From assembly GCF_964355755.1 (NCBI RefSeq), contig NC_092672.1, positions 26,790,437 through 26,854,436 on the forward strand: a stretch of DNA of 64,000 nt, given 5' to 3'. The first letter of the stretch is position 1. The number at the start of each line of letters is the position of its first letter. Shown here piece after piece: positions 41,608-55,481 of the stretch. This DNA comes from Antedon mediterranea. Its lineage: Eukaryota > Animalia > Echinodermata. The translations under genes and the position numbers were made by a program. A model generated the notes under the pieces. It made no database searches. It saw only the letters and a list, made by a program, of their open reading frames with translations, and was not told the origin of the DNA.

Positions 41608-41952
41608 AGATGTATTGTCCCCCTGAAAAAATAATTCTTAAAACAATTTTGGTTGAATATTCCATTTTAAAGCAACATAATAGTTATCCACTTTGACCAA
41701 AAATTGGATCGAAAAAATATGTATTTACCTGAAAAAATTTAATTGAAGGCAAAAAATGGTCAAATTGGCTGCCAGCCAATGCATTTTTGGTTGAATTTAA
41801 CCATTTATTTTGTCATTTTACTAGTGAAAACATAATTTTGTTTGTTTTTTTTTCTATGGAAGTGATTAACTTTATTAAAACTACAACATAATATATTCAA
41901 AGTCTGATTTAATTAATCTTCATTTTTCATGTTTTTGGGGGACAATACATCT
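41608..41952. mobile_element. Kolobok-like MITE, 345 bp, intact reference copy of an abundant family
   Basis: TIR AGATGTATTGTCCCC / GGGGACAATACATCT with TTAA at both ends. Decayed copies lie at ~5640-5968, ~7150-7347, ~8575-8808, ~18957-19260, ~32190-32255, ~46430-46720 (-), ~49785-49996 (-) and ~52915-53005. Confidence 0.85.
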
Positions 41953-43065
41953 TTAAACAAGAAAAATAAAAAAAACTGTAAACTCTAGTAAACAGTAGAA
42001 ACCATTTTTCCTGTTAAAACAAATCAAGGGTAATGTACTACAGCAAACCTTAATTCAGAGGGACACCCATTTGGAAGTGACATTTTATTGGGTCCCGAAA
42101 GAGTCACCATAGGGTCCATCTACTGTAATATACTGCTGAATAAATGAATGTGTAAAAGAAAAAAAAATACACATTAAAACAATTCTTGGAATTAAAAACT
42201 TCCTTCTTGATTATGCAGATTATTCAATTTAAATTCAATTTGTTTTCAATAATAATAAAATGTTATTATCACAACAGAATTAAAAATAATTACAAAGTAA
42301 GTTTTTTTTGTGTCTGAAATGTGTAATCTAATGGGACATCATGGTCAAACTTAATGGTTTATTTTTATTTATTTATCTAGAAATTCACTTTGATTCAGTG
42401 ACAACAAAAAAATTGTAATTAAAACGAAAGGAACGGTAGGAAATAAAGGAACAAGAAACCCCATGCAATCATAAAACAAGCTTAATGTTATATTTTCTAT
42501 CCTAAATAATAAGCTTTAGCTTTGCTTTATCCCTTTTTAAAGGAGGCTGCTAGATTATGAGAGAGTCATGTTTTGTCGTTAATTGCAATGTACTATCACA
42601 AACCAGTATATTTACATTATATTTTTCATTGTTGATTATTTAAAAAAATATATATATATACTATAATTTATATTCTCGCATCAATCAATAAAAAGACAGT
42701 AACGTCCCAAAAAAAGAGCACAATCTCAGTTGATATTGTTATGTTTGTTTATATCAAGATCCTAGCATATAAATGTACTTTACTGGATAGAAAACCATAC
42801 AACTCATTATCATAATTACTATAAACTATTAAAGTTAAAACTGATGTTAATTCATATCGGCCAATCCATTATACCAGCATGATCCATGACATTAACCAGC
42901 ATTAAAATTAATATATATAATTGCAATATTAATAAATAATCATAAAAATAATTATTATTCTGCCCTGTGGGTTAATCTAGAAAGTCTACGTCTATGAGGA
43001 CGAGATAAAAACATGCATAAGGAATACGACAATGGCAAAAGCAGGTTTGAACTAATTCCTCTCAG

Positions 43066-43165
43066 TCTCATGCTAGTCTCCCGTTCTCATGCTAGTCTCC
43101 CGTTCTCATGCTAGTCTCCCGTTCTCATGCTAGTCTCCCGTTCTCATGCTAGTCTCCCGTTCTCT
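43066..43165 (+). repeat. 19-bp minisatellite (TCTCATGCTAGTCTCCCGT) x5
   Basis: Perfect tandem copies. Confidence 0.95.
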
Positions 43166-46100
43166 CAACATTACGCCACATTACTGCTTCTTGTTAGTCT
43201 CAGCAAAACATTACCATCTATTATAAGGTATAATAATAGGTAATTATATTATAATATTCACTTTAAAAAAAGACAAACAATGAGACTGGATAATAATGTA
43301 CAGGATATGTGATGAGTGTTTTGTTAAATGTACTAGTAATAAATAACAAAATCCTAAGGTCAATAAAAAGCACATTTAAAATCTTGATACACTAGACCCT
43401 TTTCTTTGGGACCTATCAAGGACTCTATCAATGGAAATTAGTTTTTTGAGCTAAACTGGAAAATCTTATTAGTGCAGTTTTCAGTAAAAGCAATGTTATA
43501 ATTTGTTAAAGACATTTTTCAAATAAAACTTCCTGTAAAAGGAATGACGAGCAATACATAGTTTAACACCACAGCCAACAACTTTTCAGGAGACTATGAG
43601 GAAACAGTTGGGTCACAAAGGTGTCATCCAAAATACCCAGTGCATCTTTCAGACAAGGTAGAGTTACCCCAGTGATCCATTTCAGCCCCCATAATCAATT
43701 AATGCATTGAGTTAACCAGTAAACCACAATTGTAGTGGTCCTTATACAGAACTATATTATTAGTAATACGGCGCTTTCAATTTGTGACGACCAAATGTTA
43801 TGCTAATTCATTGTGCGCATGCAGTGATATTGGGAAACGTGTCTTTGCTCCTCACCTTGACATAGGTTTGATGGTTTCTAGGTCCAGGCAAATCTACAGA
43901 CCCTTATTAATAAATGGAATTTCTCTATACCACAAGATCCACTAAATAATTGTAGATAAAATAAATAAAGGAGAACTAAACCTATTGAGATTTAGATCAT
44001 TTCAAGAATCTGATGAGCTTAACTCATTTTGCCATACAAAATGTACAAACTAGCTGCAAAGACAGGGTTTCAACTTCAGCCAGTTTGAAAACTTTGACAA
44101 AAACACTTGAAAAGAACACAACAGTAAAATACAAATATGACAATAATACTCAAAAATAGAAACTCTTACCAGGTTTCCTGAAATCCTTTTCATCTGATGC
44201 TCGTTAATTTCCAAATGAAACTAATTTCTGTAACAAAAAGACACAAATAACATTGAACTTCAAATCACAACTCCCTGAGTAATACAAGTACATCGACGAC
44301 GACAGGAAATATAAGTGAACTTCCGACTAATTAAGTTAACATGCAAGAAATGCATAACAATTGCACCAACGATACCTTGCAATAACTGTAAATCAATGAG
44401 CAAAAATAGTAATGCAGTATGTAAAGCAGAAATTACAGACTGCTGCTACGGATTGTGATACATATAATAACTGCTATACAGGTTTGTAGATATATAACAT
44501 ATAATACTTTTCATACCTAAATTGCTGCTGAGCCAATGCTGGCTACTGTGCATATAAGAAAGCAGACAGTTTTACTGAAAGCAATCACTAAACTTATCAA
44601 CAAACTACATTCTGATTGGTTAAAACCATTCATATGCAAATGAGTAAAAGTAATTCATCTCCCAATGAGATTTGTCAATACTATTGAAAGATGAAGACTA
44701 GAATCAATTCAATATTGAACATGTAATTGTAGTATAATTAAATAAAAACAATTTTCAATAACAAAACAAATATGAAGTGACATTAAAGTATTGATAAATA
44801 TTTTGTTTCCATAAAAAAAGAACAGCAGATACTTTTACAGGTTAGTGGCCTTCTAGGTCATCGAAAGTTATAATGTATTTGATGTGTCCAATTGCAGTTG
44901 GTCGTGATAATGACATTTTGATTATAACCGATTACATCGTAAACGACTGAAATACAATGCATGTCAGGAGAAAGACTAACGATACATAGATAAAGAGTTT
45001 GTTTAAGGGTAATCCTGTTCACTAATGAAAAACGATTTAAACAAAATTAATAATTATCATTTCCAAACTAATATATACAACCTTTAAAGTATCATTTTCA
45101 CTGTGATAATAATAATAACAGAAATTTTTATAGCACTAATTCAAACTTTATCAAAGGCGCATAAAGTGGTCAATAAAAATTCTGAAAAAGGTGTTCTGAA
45201 AGAAGATTTGGTGAATTACGAACAGAAAATGATGAGTTCCAAAAAAGAAGGGCTTGAAAGGAAAAGGCACGTTGACCATATGTTTTGGTTTTGTGCTGAA
45301 AAGATGGAACTGTCAATAGATGGATGACTTAAGCTATTCCTACACTATCAAACTAGTTTGACAAAAAAGTGTGATGTGCCTAAATATGGTAGTGATATTC
45401 CAAAATATGGTAGTGATATGACATTGTTTATGTCTCTATATGTGCACATCATAGTTTTTGTCACATAAAGTTTGATAGTGTAGACAGGGAATTAGTAGGA
45501 CATACAGTGTGCTAGGAGATTACATACGATTTAAAAGTAATTTAATACACACAATACATATCACAACAGGACATTCATAAGAAGTCATTTAAAAGGGTTA
45601 ATCAATTCGACAGTCTGGGTCTTAATCTAGACATAGAGTAAAATGTTTTGTACTGTGTTTTTGCAAATATTGGAAAAGTGAGGTGGACCATCCTTGACCA
45701 TCTGGTTGGAATTTAAAGCTATGTTCAGACACACAGGGTTTCTTATCCTAAGCAGGGTTATGGTAGTCTGAAGTTAAAAGTCAAAGGAACGACGATTAAC
45801 TTTCATAAGTCATAGATTTTAAAATGCAATGATAATCACTGATAATGGTTGTGTCTGTTCATTGGCCAGCATCAAAATATTTAAAGCATCGCAAAGAGGG
45901 TTTGAAAGCTTGCCTCTTACGTTACTACCTTTGTGTATAAACAATCTTATGCAATTTTACAATTACTATGTCCACAATGCTCCTTTATATAAGCTGTGAG
46001 TCTGAAAATACACCAAAGAAGTTTAAACTCTGGAAGGCTAGAACTAATAAATAAAACTAAAACTAAATGTTGACATATCTAGTGGTAACTATCACTCATA

Positions 46101-47799
46101 TAACTACAGAAATACATTAATTAGCATAGATCGCTGTAGGAGAAGATTTAACATTTCAGTCTGCCTGTGTAAAAAGGTCATTTTAACAGAACATGTTTGC
46201 ATCAATGATTTATTACTAAATCTATGTCAATTCAATGCCATTGTCAAGTATTGGTCAAAAAATGTATTTTTAGATTTATAATTGAGAACAATCAGAATAA
46301 AAGCTTTGATTCCTTGCACATTCATGATTTGTGTATGAACTGAATATCCAAGGTTGATGTGTATAATCAAACAGGCTGCAAAAACTTGTCACCAATCAAA
46401 ATTTAGAATCTTGTTTATTAAAGAACATGAATCATTCTCCAAAACATGAAAAATGAAGATTAATCAAATTATTTTGTAATTTTACAGTTATTCACTTTTG
46501 CAGGAAAAAAACCACCAAAAAAATAATAATTAGTCAAAATAAATGGTTAAATTTAACCTTTTGTCCAATAGACAATGTATTCTGGTTGTCTATTTTTTCT
46601 TTCTTTAGATTTTTTTCAGGAAAATCATTTTTTCAAATACAATTTTTATTCAATTATTATGTGACAAAAAATTCCAAATAGCCTTACATATTTTTTTGTT
46701 GTTGATTCAAATATTAAAAAAATATTGTTTTTTACTTTTAATTTTAAGTACTAAATGCCACCATAAATGTGATGACAGGCAAGACTTTCTTGAAGATCAA
46801 GGGCTCTCTGTTTGATAAGGTTTACATTCATGACGATGACATTAACTTTTTGTTTGGCAAAATGTCAAAGTATATATTTTGTATGTTTTATTATTATTAT
46901 TATTATTATTTATTGCCAAAAACCAGATACAAACAAACAAAAACACAGAAACTAAGGGAGTAGGCAGGAACCTAAAAGTGAACCTAATCACTATAACAAG
47001 AGTTCAGGTTCCGTACTCCCAAAGTAACAACAATGATATATAATAAACTATATAAAAATATTTCTTTGTTTCTGTACTATAATCAGTGTAGTAACGGCTA
47101 TGAGCGCTCACAGGCTAAAAGACCAGAGCATGAGCAGCGCCGGAATTAGAATTATGAGTGCTAAATCAGGGCCACTGACGATATAACATCTAAAATAAAT
47201 TTCAAGTAAATGATATATGACCTGAATAATTATATACAAATAGGGCAGGTCTTGATTTTCTAAGAAATTCAATATATTAGATGTCAAAAAAGTTTATAAT
47301 TCTTGAGGAATCTGTATTTTCAATATACTGTAGCCTGCAAATATAAAATATTCCACCCCATGTCGCTATCTGCATTTATCTAAGTATTTTGCTCAGTTTC
47401 TGATTGCTTGATTTTATATATTTTACACAATACTGGTAACTAAGTCTCCTGTATGTGAGTCACACTCCTGCATAATCTCATTTTTAAGCCGAATGTATAA
47501 TATTATTCATAATGTAAATAAACAAAGCATACTTGAACCAGCTGTCCTCCACCTCCTTTAAAATTCGTCCATGAAAGGGATGGAATTAAAACTAAACTTA
47601 ACTTTGAGGTCTGAATCCGAGAAACACACAGAGTAACACTGGTATTAAAACACTATAAATTAAAATGACATTGACTCTCTTTATGTTATTATAATATTAT
47701 CACTATTGTTAAAGTAATTATATCTAAATGAAGCACTTCCTGAATGGGTCAATACAAACCACTTCAATTTAGTTCAAGTATGATTACATGTGCTATAAA

Positions 47800-48025
47800 G
47801 GAAACCCAGCAGATGGCAACAGTAGGAATGCACGGACGTGGTACTGTAAAGGGAGAATAGAGGCGGACCTAATATGGTATGAAGAAGAACAAATGAACAG
47901 GAAAGAAGGGAAGCAGGAAGAGAATCAGGGATGGAGGCAGAAGCAGTGGCCAGAAACCAAATGAGATGGAGAGAAAATGTAATCCGTCCTTATGTGACAC
48001 AGGGCACAATGAGGTTATGTGAGTA
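47800..48025 (+). mobile_element. RTE-type LINE 3' end fragment
   Basis: EAEAVARNQMRWRENV...gggcacaatgagg fits the RTE end motif W..A...A.DR..WR..V.ALC..G. Confidence 0.6.
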
Positions 48026-48114
48026 TTTGTCAAGCACTTCTAAAACAGTTTCCTCTAGGTTTTACATTTGTAACTTTTATATTAATAACTTGCTCTTCCA
48101 CTACACTGTAGGTC

Positions 48115-48460
48115 TTGCGATGTTCTGATTACACAGGCAGTCATAGGTGACTAGATGTTACATTCTTCAACAACATGGTCCTTCCCTAAAGGGTCATGTG
48201 ATGTTCTGACATCACTGTTCCTCCCCTAAAGGGTCATGTGATGTTTTGACAGCCATATACAGACACTCATAGGTAGACTATTATGTTACACACTTCAATA
48301 ACATGCTCCTCCCCTAAAGGGTCATGTGATGTTCCGACAGCCATACAAAGGCAGTCATAGGTGGACTAGATTACACTCTTCAATAACATGCTCTTCCCCT
48401 AAAGGGTCATCTGATGTTTTGACAGCCATATACCGGCACTCATAGGTGGACTGGATGTCA
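48115..48460 (+). repeat. Diverged ~85-90-bp tandem repeat
   Basis: ccctaaagggtcat(g/c)tgatgtt occurs four times, with cataggtggactag-type segments between. Confidence 0.8.
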
Positions 48461-48963
48461 AATATTTTCACACATACAGTATTATAGAAAATAAAAACCA
48501 ATAAAATCCTACCTTTTTAAAATCTGTTTCCTCAGAACTTGACAAGATATCACATTATCCTTTCACACCATTCAATTGATTGAGAGCATTGATTTCTGTC
48601 AAAAATAAGTTGATCTTAGCTATCATGTTGGATGCTTTCCTCACGTTTAACTAACCCAACAGAATCGCTCGATTTCTATTGATCTGCCGGTGGGAATCTT
48701 GTCACAAATCACTTTATGCATGACACTTAGTCTGTCCTCAGCAGTGAGTTCATCAAACGTTTCTGCAGCTGAGTCAACCTTCCTCGTGCAATGATAATAA
48801 TATTTAACTTTTCTGAAACTCAAAAGTAAACCATTCAATGACAAATATTTTTTGTTTTTAATTTCAATTATTATTTAGAAAGGGTAAACACTTTCATCTG
48901 AACTTGCAGGCAAGCTGATATCCGACCCTCTCTAAAATAAAAACATAACAAAAAATAACTATA

Positions 48964-49046
48964 CAGTAGAACCCCTATGAAAGGGTACCTTTGGGACCCA
49001 ACAAACATCCCCTTAATAGGAGTGTCCTCTGAGTAGGGGTTGACTG
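48964..49046. mobile_element. Short Tc1/pogo-like MITE
   Basis: TA-CAGTAGAACCCCTA...TAGGGGTTGACTG-TA. Related pieces lie at ~720-795, ~38470-38540 and ~42040-42128. Confidence 0.65.
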
Positions 49047-49059
49047 TAGTGTTAAAACA

Positions 49060-49197
49060 TATAATTCTCTATAATACAATACTATAAATTCTCTATAATA
49101 CAATACTATAAATTCTCTATAATATACAATACTATAAATTCTCTATAATACAATACTATAAATTCTCTATAATACAATACTATAAATTCTCTATAAT
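49060..49197 (+). repeat. 24-bp minisatellite (ATAAATTCTCTATAATACAATACT), about 5.5 copies
   Basis: Direct tandem copies. Confidence 0.9.
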
Positions 49198-50059
49198 GCA
49201 TAATTCCTCTGACTTCAGAATGACCCCATTGTAAATACTGTACTGTAATTCTGGTGATAAGCAGGCTTAATTGTGTAATCCAAGCATTCAACTTTTCCTT
49301 TCTTTGTGTTGTTCTTTATGAATGCAAATATGTCAACCAAAATTATTTAGCCTGAACTGAGCTATGGTGAACTGACAGGAAGATTTTGAAACCAGTAAAC
49401 AATTTAGAACAAAAAAGTGTTAGTTTTGAAACAAATTAAATATCACACATGCCATAAATGATTTATTTGGCATCACAACAAAAATCTATTTATTTATTGG
49501 GAGGTCTGAAAATGTTACTATAACTACATTGAACAATAGAGTACTGGAGACTTATCACAATCCATTTATTAACAAAAACCGTGAATTCCCTATGTTTAAA
49601 TAAACATAAAGACATATATTTTTCTTACTAACAAATGTGGACATTTAAAAAGCTAACTGTAATCTGGTAAGCTTTTAAAAATTATTTCAGGAACATTAAC
49701 TTAGACATAGGATGCTATTGTACAAAACCAATTGATTTAAATTCTACATGAAAAAAACAAAAAATAATGGTTTCATGTATGAAATGACAAATCAAATGGT
49801 TAAATTCAACCAAAAACCATTAACTGGCAGCCAAATTGACAATTTTTTTCTTTAAATTACAGTTGTTTTAGGTAAATACATTTTTTTTCAATCCAATTTT
49901 TGGTCAAAGTGGATAACTATTATGTTACATTAAAATGGCATATTAAAGAAAATGTTGTTAAAGAATTATTTTTTCAGGAGGACAATACATCTTTAATATT
50001 CAATTTCTTCCTTTTGTTTCTACACACCTTCAACAGAAAATGCATGACAATTCAATCAT

Positions 50060-51578
50060 GGGCTGCGAAAAAAACTGATACCCAATCACAGACTGCGAAA
50101 CAAACTGATACACCTAATAACAGACTGCGAAACAAATTGATACCCAATCACGAGCTGCGAAACAAACTGATACCCAATCATAACCGCGAAACAAACTGAT
50201 ACCCAATCATGACCACGAAACAAACTGATACCCAATCACGAGTTGCAAAACAAACTGATACCCAATCATGACCACGAAACAAACTGATACCCAATCATGA
50301 CCACGAAACAAACTGATACCCAATCATGACCACGAAACAAATTAATACCCAATCATGACTGCGAAACAAACTGATACCCAATCATGACCGAGAAACAAAC
50401 TGATACCCAATCATAACCGCGAAACAAACTGATACCCAATCATGACCACGAAACAAACTGATACCCAATCATGACCGCGAAACAAACTGATACATCCAAT
50501 CATAACCGCGAAACAAACTGATACCCAATCACGAGCTGCGAAACAAACTGATACCCAATCATAACCGCGAAACAAACTGATACCCAATCATGACCACGAA
50601 ACAAACTGATACCCAATCACGAGTTGCAAAACAAACTGATACCCAATCATGACCACGAAACAAACTGATACCCAATCATGACCACGAAACAAACTGGTAC
50701 CCAATCATGACCACGAAACAAATTGATACCCAATCATGACTGCGAAACAAACTGATACCCAATCATGACCGAGAAACAAACTGATACCCAATCATAACCG
50801 CGAAACAAACTGATACCCAATCATGACCACGAAACAAACTGATACCCAATCATGACCGCGAAACAAACTGATACATCCAATCATAACCGCGAAACAAACT
50901 GATACCCAATCACGAGCTACGAAACAAACTGATACCCAATCACGAGCTGCGAAACAAACTGATACCCAATCACGAGCTGCGAAACAAACTGATACCCAAT
51001 CATGACCGCGAAACAAACTGATACACCCAATCATGACCACGAAACAAACTGATACACCCAATCATGACCGCGAAACAAACTGATACACCCAATCATGACC
51101 GCGAAACAAACTGATACCCAATCATTACCACGAAACAAACTGATACCCAATCATGACCGCGAAACAAACTGATACCCAATCATGACCACGAAACAAACTG
51201 ATACCCAATCATGACCGCGAAACAAACTGATACCCAATCATTACCACGAAACAAACTGATACCCAATCATGACCGCGAAACAAACTGATACCCAATCATG
51301 ACCGCGAAACAAACTGATACCCAATCATGACCGCGAAACAAACTGATACCCAATCATGACCGCGAAACAAACTGATACCCAATCATGACCACGAAACAAA
51401 CTGATACCCAATCATGACCGCGAAACAAACTGATACCCAATCATGACCACGAAACAAACTGATACCCAATCATGACTGCGAAACAAACTGATACCCAATC
51501 AAAACCGCGAAACAAACCGATACACCCAATCAGAGGCTGCAAAACTAATTGATACCAAATTACGGGCTGCGATACCCA
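50060..51578 (+). repeat. 29-bp minisatellite (GATACCCAATCATGACCGCGAAACAAACT), about 50 copies
   Basis: Contiguous units with no spacers; variant units are 30-31 bp. Confidence 0.97.
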
Positions 51579-53004
51579 AGTCTTTTATGAATCTTAATGT
51601 ATTTCATGTTTTGAAGTCTATATCATAGGTTAAGCCTATTTTCCACTAGGAAAATCTGTTCATTGCGTGTCTGCTGAGCTTTTACATTCATATGAGTGCA
51701 CATGAACGTGTCATACCTCATTTCCTGAGCTCTGATTGTTTGCAAAAAGTAGAAACAATTCAAATTACCATTTTTGCTGAAGCAAAAAATCGCAGAAAGG
51801 GATTATGAAAATAGAAACATGATGCGTATGCGTATATTAAAGCTTACGCTTTCGATTCGAACATAATCGCCTAGGGAGGAGCACAAAGTACAGTACACAA
51901 AGAGTTCAGAAACAACAGAAGTTAGAGTCATCTGTAGAGATTTGGAGATGATTATATTTCTATGTTTAAATTTTAATGATTTTTCCTTTTAAATTATTGG
52001 CATTACGTGACATACATTTATAATGTCAACATGCCTTGTAGAATAACACCTATAGGTGTGAAAATGAAATTTTAACAATAATGCAATTCTACTATTTTTT
52101 TTCTCTCACTACACATTCTGTACTTTATAAAGAATATTTTATCTATATCTTCAACAAATAATAATGTACATTTAATGTGGAGATTCTAATGAGGATTGAC
52201 GAATCTGTTGCCATTTTTTAACTTTCTGTAAATGCACTCAAGAGTTGCTTGGGAGAAACTTTCAGTTAAAACATTCTTTAGTTTTATTTATTTTTTACAT
52301 AACTTATATCAATTGATTTTCTCTTGTCTTTTTAAATACTTCAACATTGTAGATTTTTTTTAATGTGCCATTAAAATTATGCTGGAAGTTTAGCCCTTAC
52401 GTTTAACTTTTATATTTAATTTGTTTTCGTTTAGATTTTGTAGTTTGTAGTTGTGACCACAGTTTATGGTTTCACGTCATGTAAAAATAATTTTGAAGTT
52501 TGTATTCAATAGTTTGTGAGTGCCACCATTTGAATATATTTTACAAAAATTATTAAGTTTAAGTTTAGTTGTGTAGTTTGTATTTGACCGCAATAAAGCA
52601 TATCGCATAAATAAAATAATAAATTATTTACAAAAAATGCTTTACCATACTACTTACCTTTCACAAATGTTCTCAAAGTCATTATGAAATGATATATGTA
52701 TGAGAGTGTACATGATAATAATGTTGCCACTCTCATACGATCAGTCCTCATATAATAATGTGTTGCCTTTGTCCCAAAAGCCTTATTTGTCCCAGTTGCC
52801 GTGTCATAGTTTCTGTGAACCATACTGCATAGATTTCTAAATACATTAACTTGTTATGAAAAACGTTCAATATGATACAGAAAAAGACTAATTAAAAAAA
52901 ATATTGTAATGTTAGGAGATATTGTCCCCTGAAAAAAATCCTCTTTTTAAAATGTTTTTGTTGATGCCATTTAATGTCACATAGTTGTTCACTTTGACCA
53001 AAAA

Positions 53005-53405
53005 CTTGTTCATGAGTAAACAACCTTTTTTTTAAATATGCAATATATTTTGTAATAGATCATCACAAAAAATATGCAGAAAATAATGTAAACATATATG
53101 AGATTCTGTAATTGTTGTTTATGTAACATTGAATGTCAATAAAGGTGGTGGTTAACAACAAAATATAAAAAAAAAATGGTTCAAAAATATTTACCTAAAA
53201 AAACTGGTTCATGAGTAAACCACCTAATTTTTCTTAAATATGCAATATATTTTGTAATAGATACATAACAAAAAATATGCAGAAAATAATGTAAACATAC
53301 ATGAGATTCTGTAATTGTTGTTTATCTAACATTGAATGAATAAAGGTGGTGGTTAACCACAAAATATAAAAAAAAAACTGGTTCAAAAATTATTTACCTA
53401 AAAAA
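53005..53405 (+). repeat. ~200-bp tandem duplication inside a decayed Kolobok-like MITE
   Basis: gttcatgagtaaac...aaatatgcagaaaataatgtaaaca...ggttcaaaaat..tttacctaaaaaa occurs twice. Confidence 0.85.
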
Positions 53406-54027
53406 TCTGGAATTTAAAGCAAAATGAATTAATCAATTATTAGACAGATTTTACTATGAGACATACATTAATAAATGGCCAAATCACTGCTGTGTAAGTG
53501 CCATGTCCTCTACTGTAAGTGCCTACTATTAGTTTCAGACCTTCCCCAAGAGTACGAAAGGGGAATACCAAAACAGTATAAAGCCTTGGTTACTCTATCA
53601 AACTTTATGTGACAAAAAAATGTGATGTGCCCATATATAGACATGCATGATGTCATATCACTAGAAATGTTTACCGATATATTTTTTGTGCCAGAATTTT
53701 ATATATTTTTTAATCTTGTAAATAAATCATTGTGATAAAAAAGACTAGACTGATCAGATGAGTACATTATATTTCAATTCATTTTTGTATATAATATTAA
53801 TATTCTCTTTATGTAATGTATTTTATCTTGTTTTAAATATTGTTATACTGTAATTGTATTTTGTAGGGGTTTTGGATACTTTTGTGTTTTGGCGCATTGT
53901 TGCTGTCGCAACCCCTAGACTAATTGTGTCAAATAAATAATGGAAATGAAAAAATTAAAATATTTGGGCATCCACTACCATTTGGGCATCACACTTTTTT
54001 GTCAAACTAGTTTGATAGTGTAGACAG

Positions 54028-55481
54028 CAGGCCCGTAGCCAGGGGGGGTTTTTATGGTTCGGGCGAACCCCCCTTTACAGCGAACCCCCCTTAACCGACT
54101 GCGAACCCCCATCCCCGACATGCTCAATACCTCACCCTCATCTCCGAAAATCGTCCAAATACGTGCCCCACAGTACAAAAAGTTGTTCGTAAATTAAAAA
54201 ATTCGTAAACTCGTTCGGAATAACTCATACAGTACCTTTTTCCCTGTATGGCGTACTTCGAGCGATATAGTCTGTAAAGAGTTGCAAATGAATTGCGGAT
54301 TTTAACCTGAAAAATAAATGTTTGGTCCCTGCATCATGGAGTAAATATTCTTTACTCCATGCCTGCATGTAACATGATATTGACGCGTCTCACAGCGAGC
54401 TGGGGGACGAACGATTCGTACAAAGGACACCGCCAGACAACTGCGTACCAATTGTTTAGATCACTGGCAGTCAGGCAGCATGCATAAAGTATATAGCCTT
54501 CCGACATACATCAGTATTTATGTGTGGCTATGAAGTATAATGTATCATAGAGGATTATAGTGATTATTAATATTTTACACTATAATATCTATGGTATCAT
54601 GTACTGTAGTTCACATTATGGCATCCTATTATTTTTTTTAGACCACCAGCCGATACGTACTCAAATGTATCAATATCACCTATTTACATTGGCATATTTA
54701 ATTTCCTCAACAAATTGCTGTAAATAAATATTATAGATAGAGCTATAATAAGAATTGCTTTTGCCTTCACCCAGTGTGCTTTTTTCGGGGCTTCTCCTAG
54801 ACGTACGTTCGCATTGAACTTGAACGCAAAACAAAATATCGAGTAATTGAATTGAATTGAAATTTATATTTATACTGGGTAACCTCTTCAGTCAAAGACT
54901 GGTCTCCCAGAGGGCCCAGTTGGTGATCAGTGGCTGTGATGTACTAATACACCGGGGTAACCCCCTACTCGTCTCGAAAGATGTACTAGGTTCTTTAAAG
55001 TGCACACGTGCTAGATGTGTACACTGGACCTACGGTTTATAGTCCTTATCCGAGAAGACTCGTTCTACCACCAGAACCATGGAGCGAGTGAGCCTCGAAC
55101 CCTTGCCGATGTTATGGCTACGTAATTACGGTTCCACTGTCTTAACCGCTCGGCCACTCACTCACTCAAGTAAGTGTAACTCGAGTAACTCGAGTAAATG
55201 ATCAAACAATCGGCGGTTCCGCACAGAGCACGCGCATCTAACATACGGCAACAAATGTAATCGTTTAAATAGTCCACGAGTCCAAGTACGATCGTTTTGC
55301 TCATTGGTAGCATGCTGCATGAGAGTGTCTTTTCCGGCCATCTAGGGGTGTCATTTAACAAAATTTGCTTCGCCTCAGGCCCCACCCCAGGGGGGGGGGA
55401 GGGGTAGGTAGGTATGGGGGTGGGGGTGACCCAAATACTTAGTGTGCGAACCCCCCTTGACAGATCCTGGCTACGGCCCTG
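54028..55481. mobile_element. Non-autonomous hAT-like (hAT5-type) DNA transposon
   Basis: TIR CAGGCCCGTAGCCAGG / CCTGGCTACGGCCCTG. A 5-bp duplication GACAG is at 54023-54027 and 55482-55486. Subterminal CGAACCCCC motifs occur at both ends. Confidence 0.8.
54858..55167 (-). mobile_element. tRNA-derived Deu/Nin-like SINE, copy 3, nested in the hAT-like element
   Basis: Near-identical reverse complement of 36479-36790. Confidence 0.85.

Noticed and set aside
48510-48844. 65-aa ORF and nearby donor-like site as an additional exon
   Set aside because: No recognisable homology and no convincing in-frame splice pair.
50060-51578. CRISPR-like array of 29-bp repeats
   Set aside because: The units are contiguous with no unique spacers, there are no cas genes, and the context is eukaryotic.
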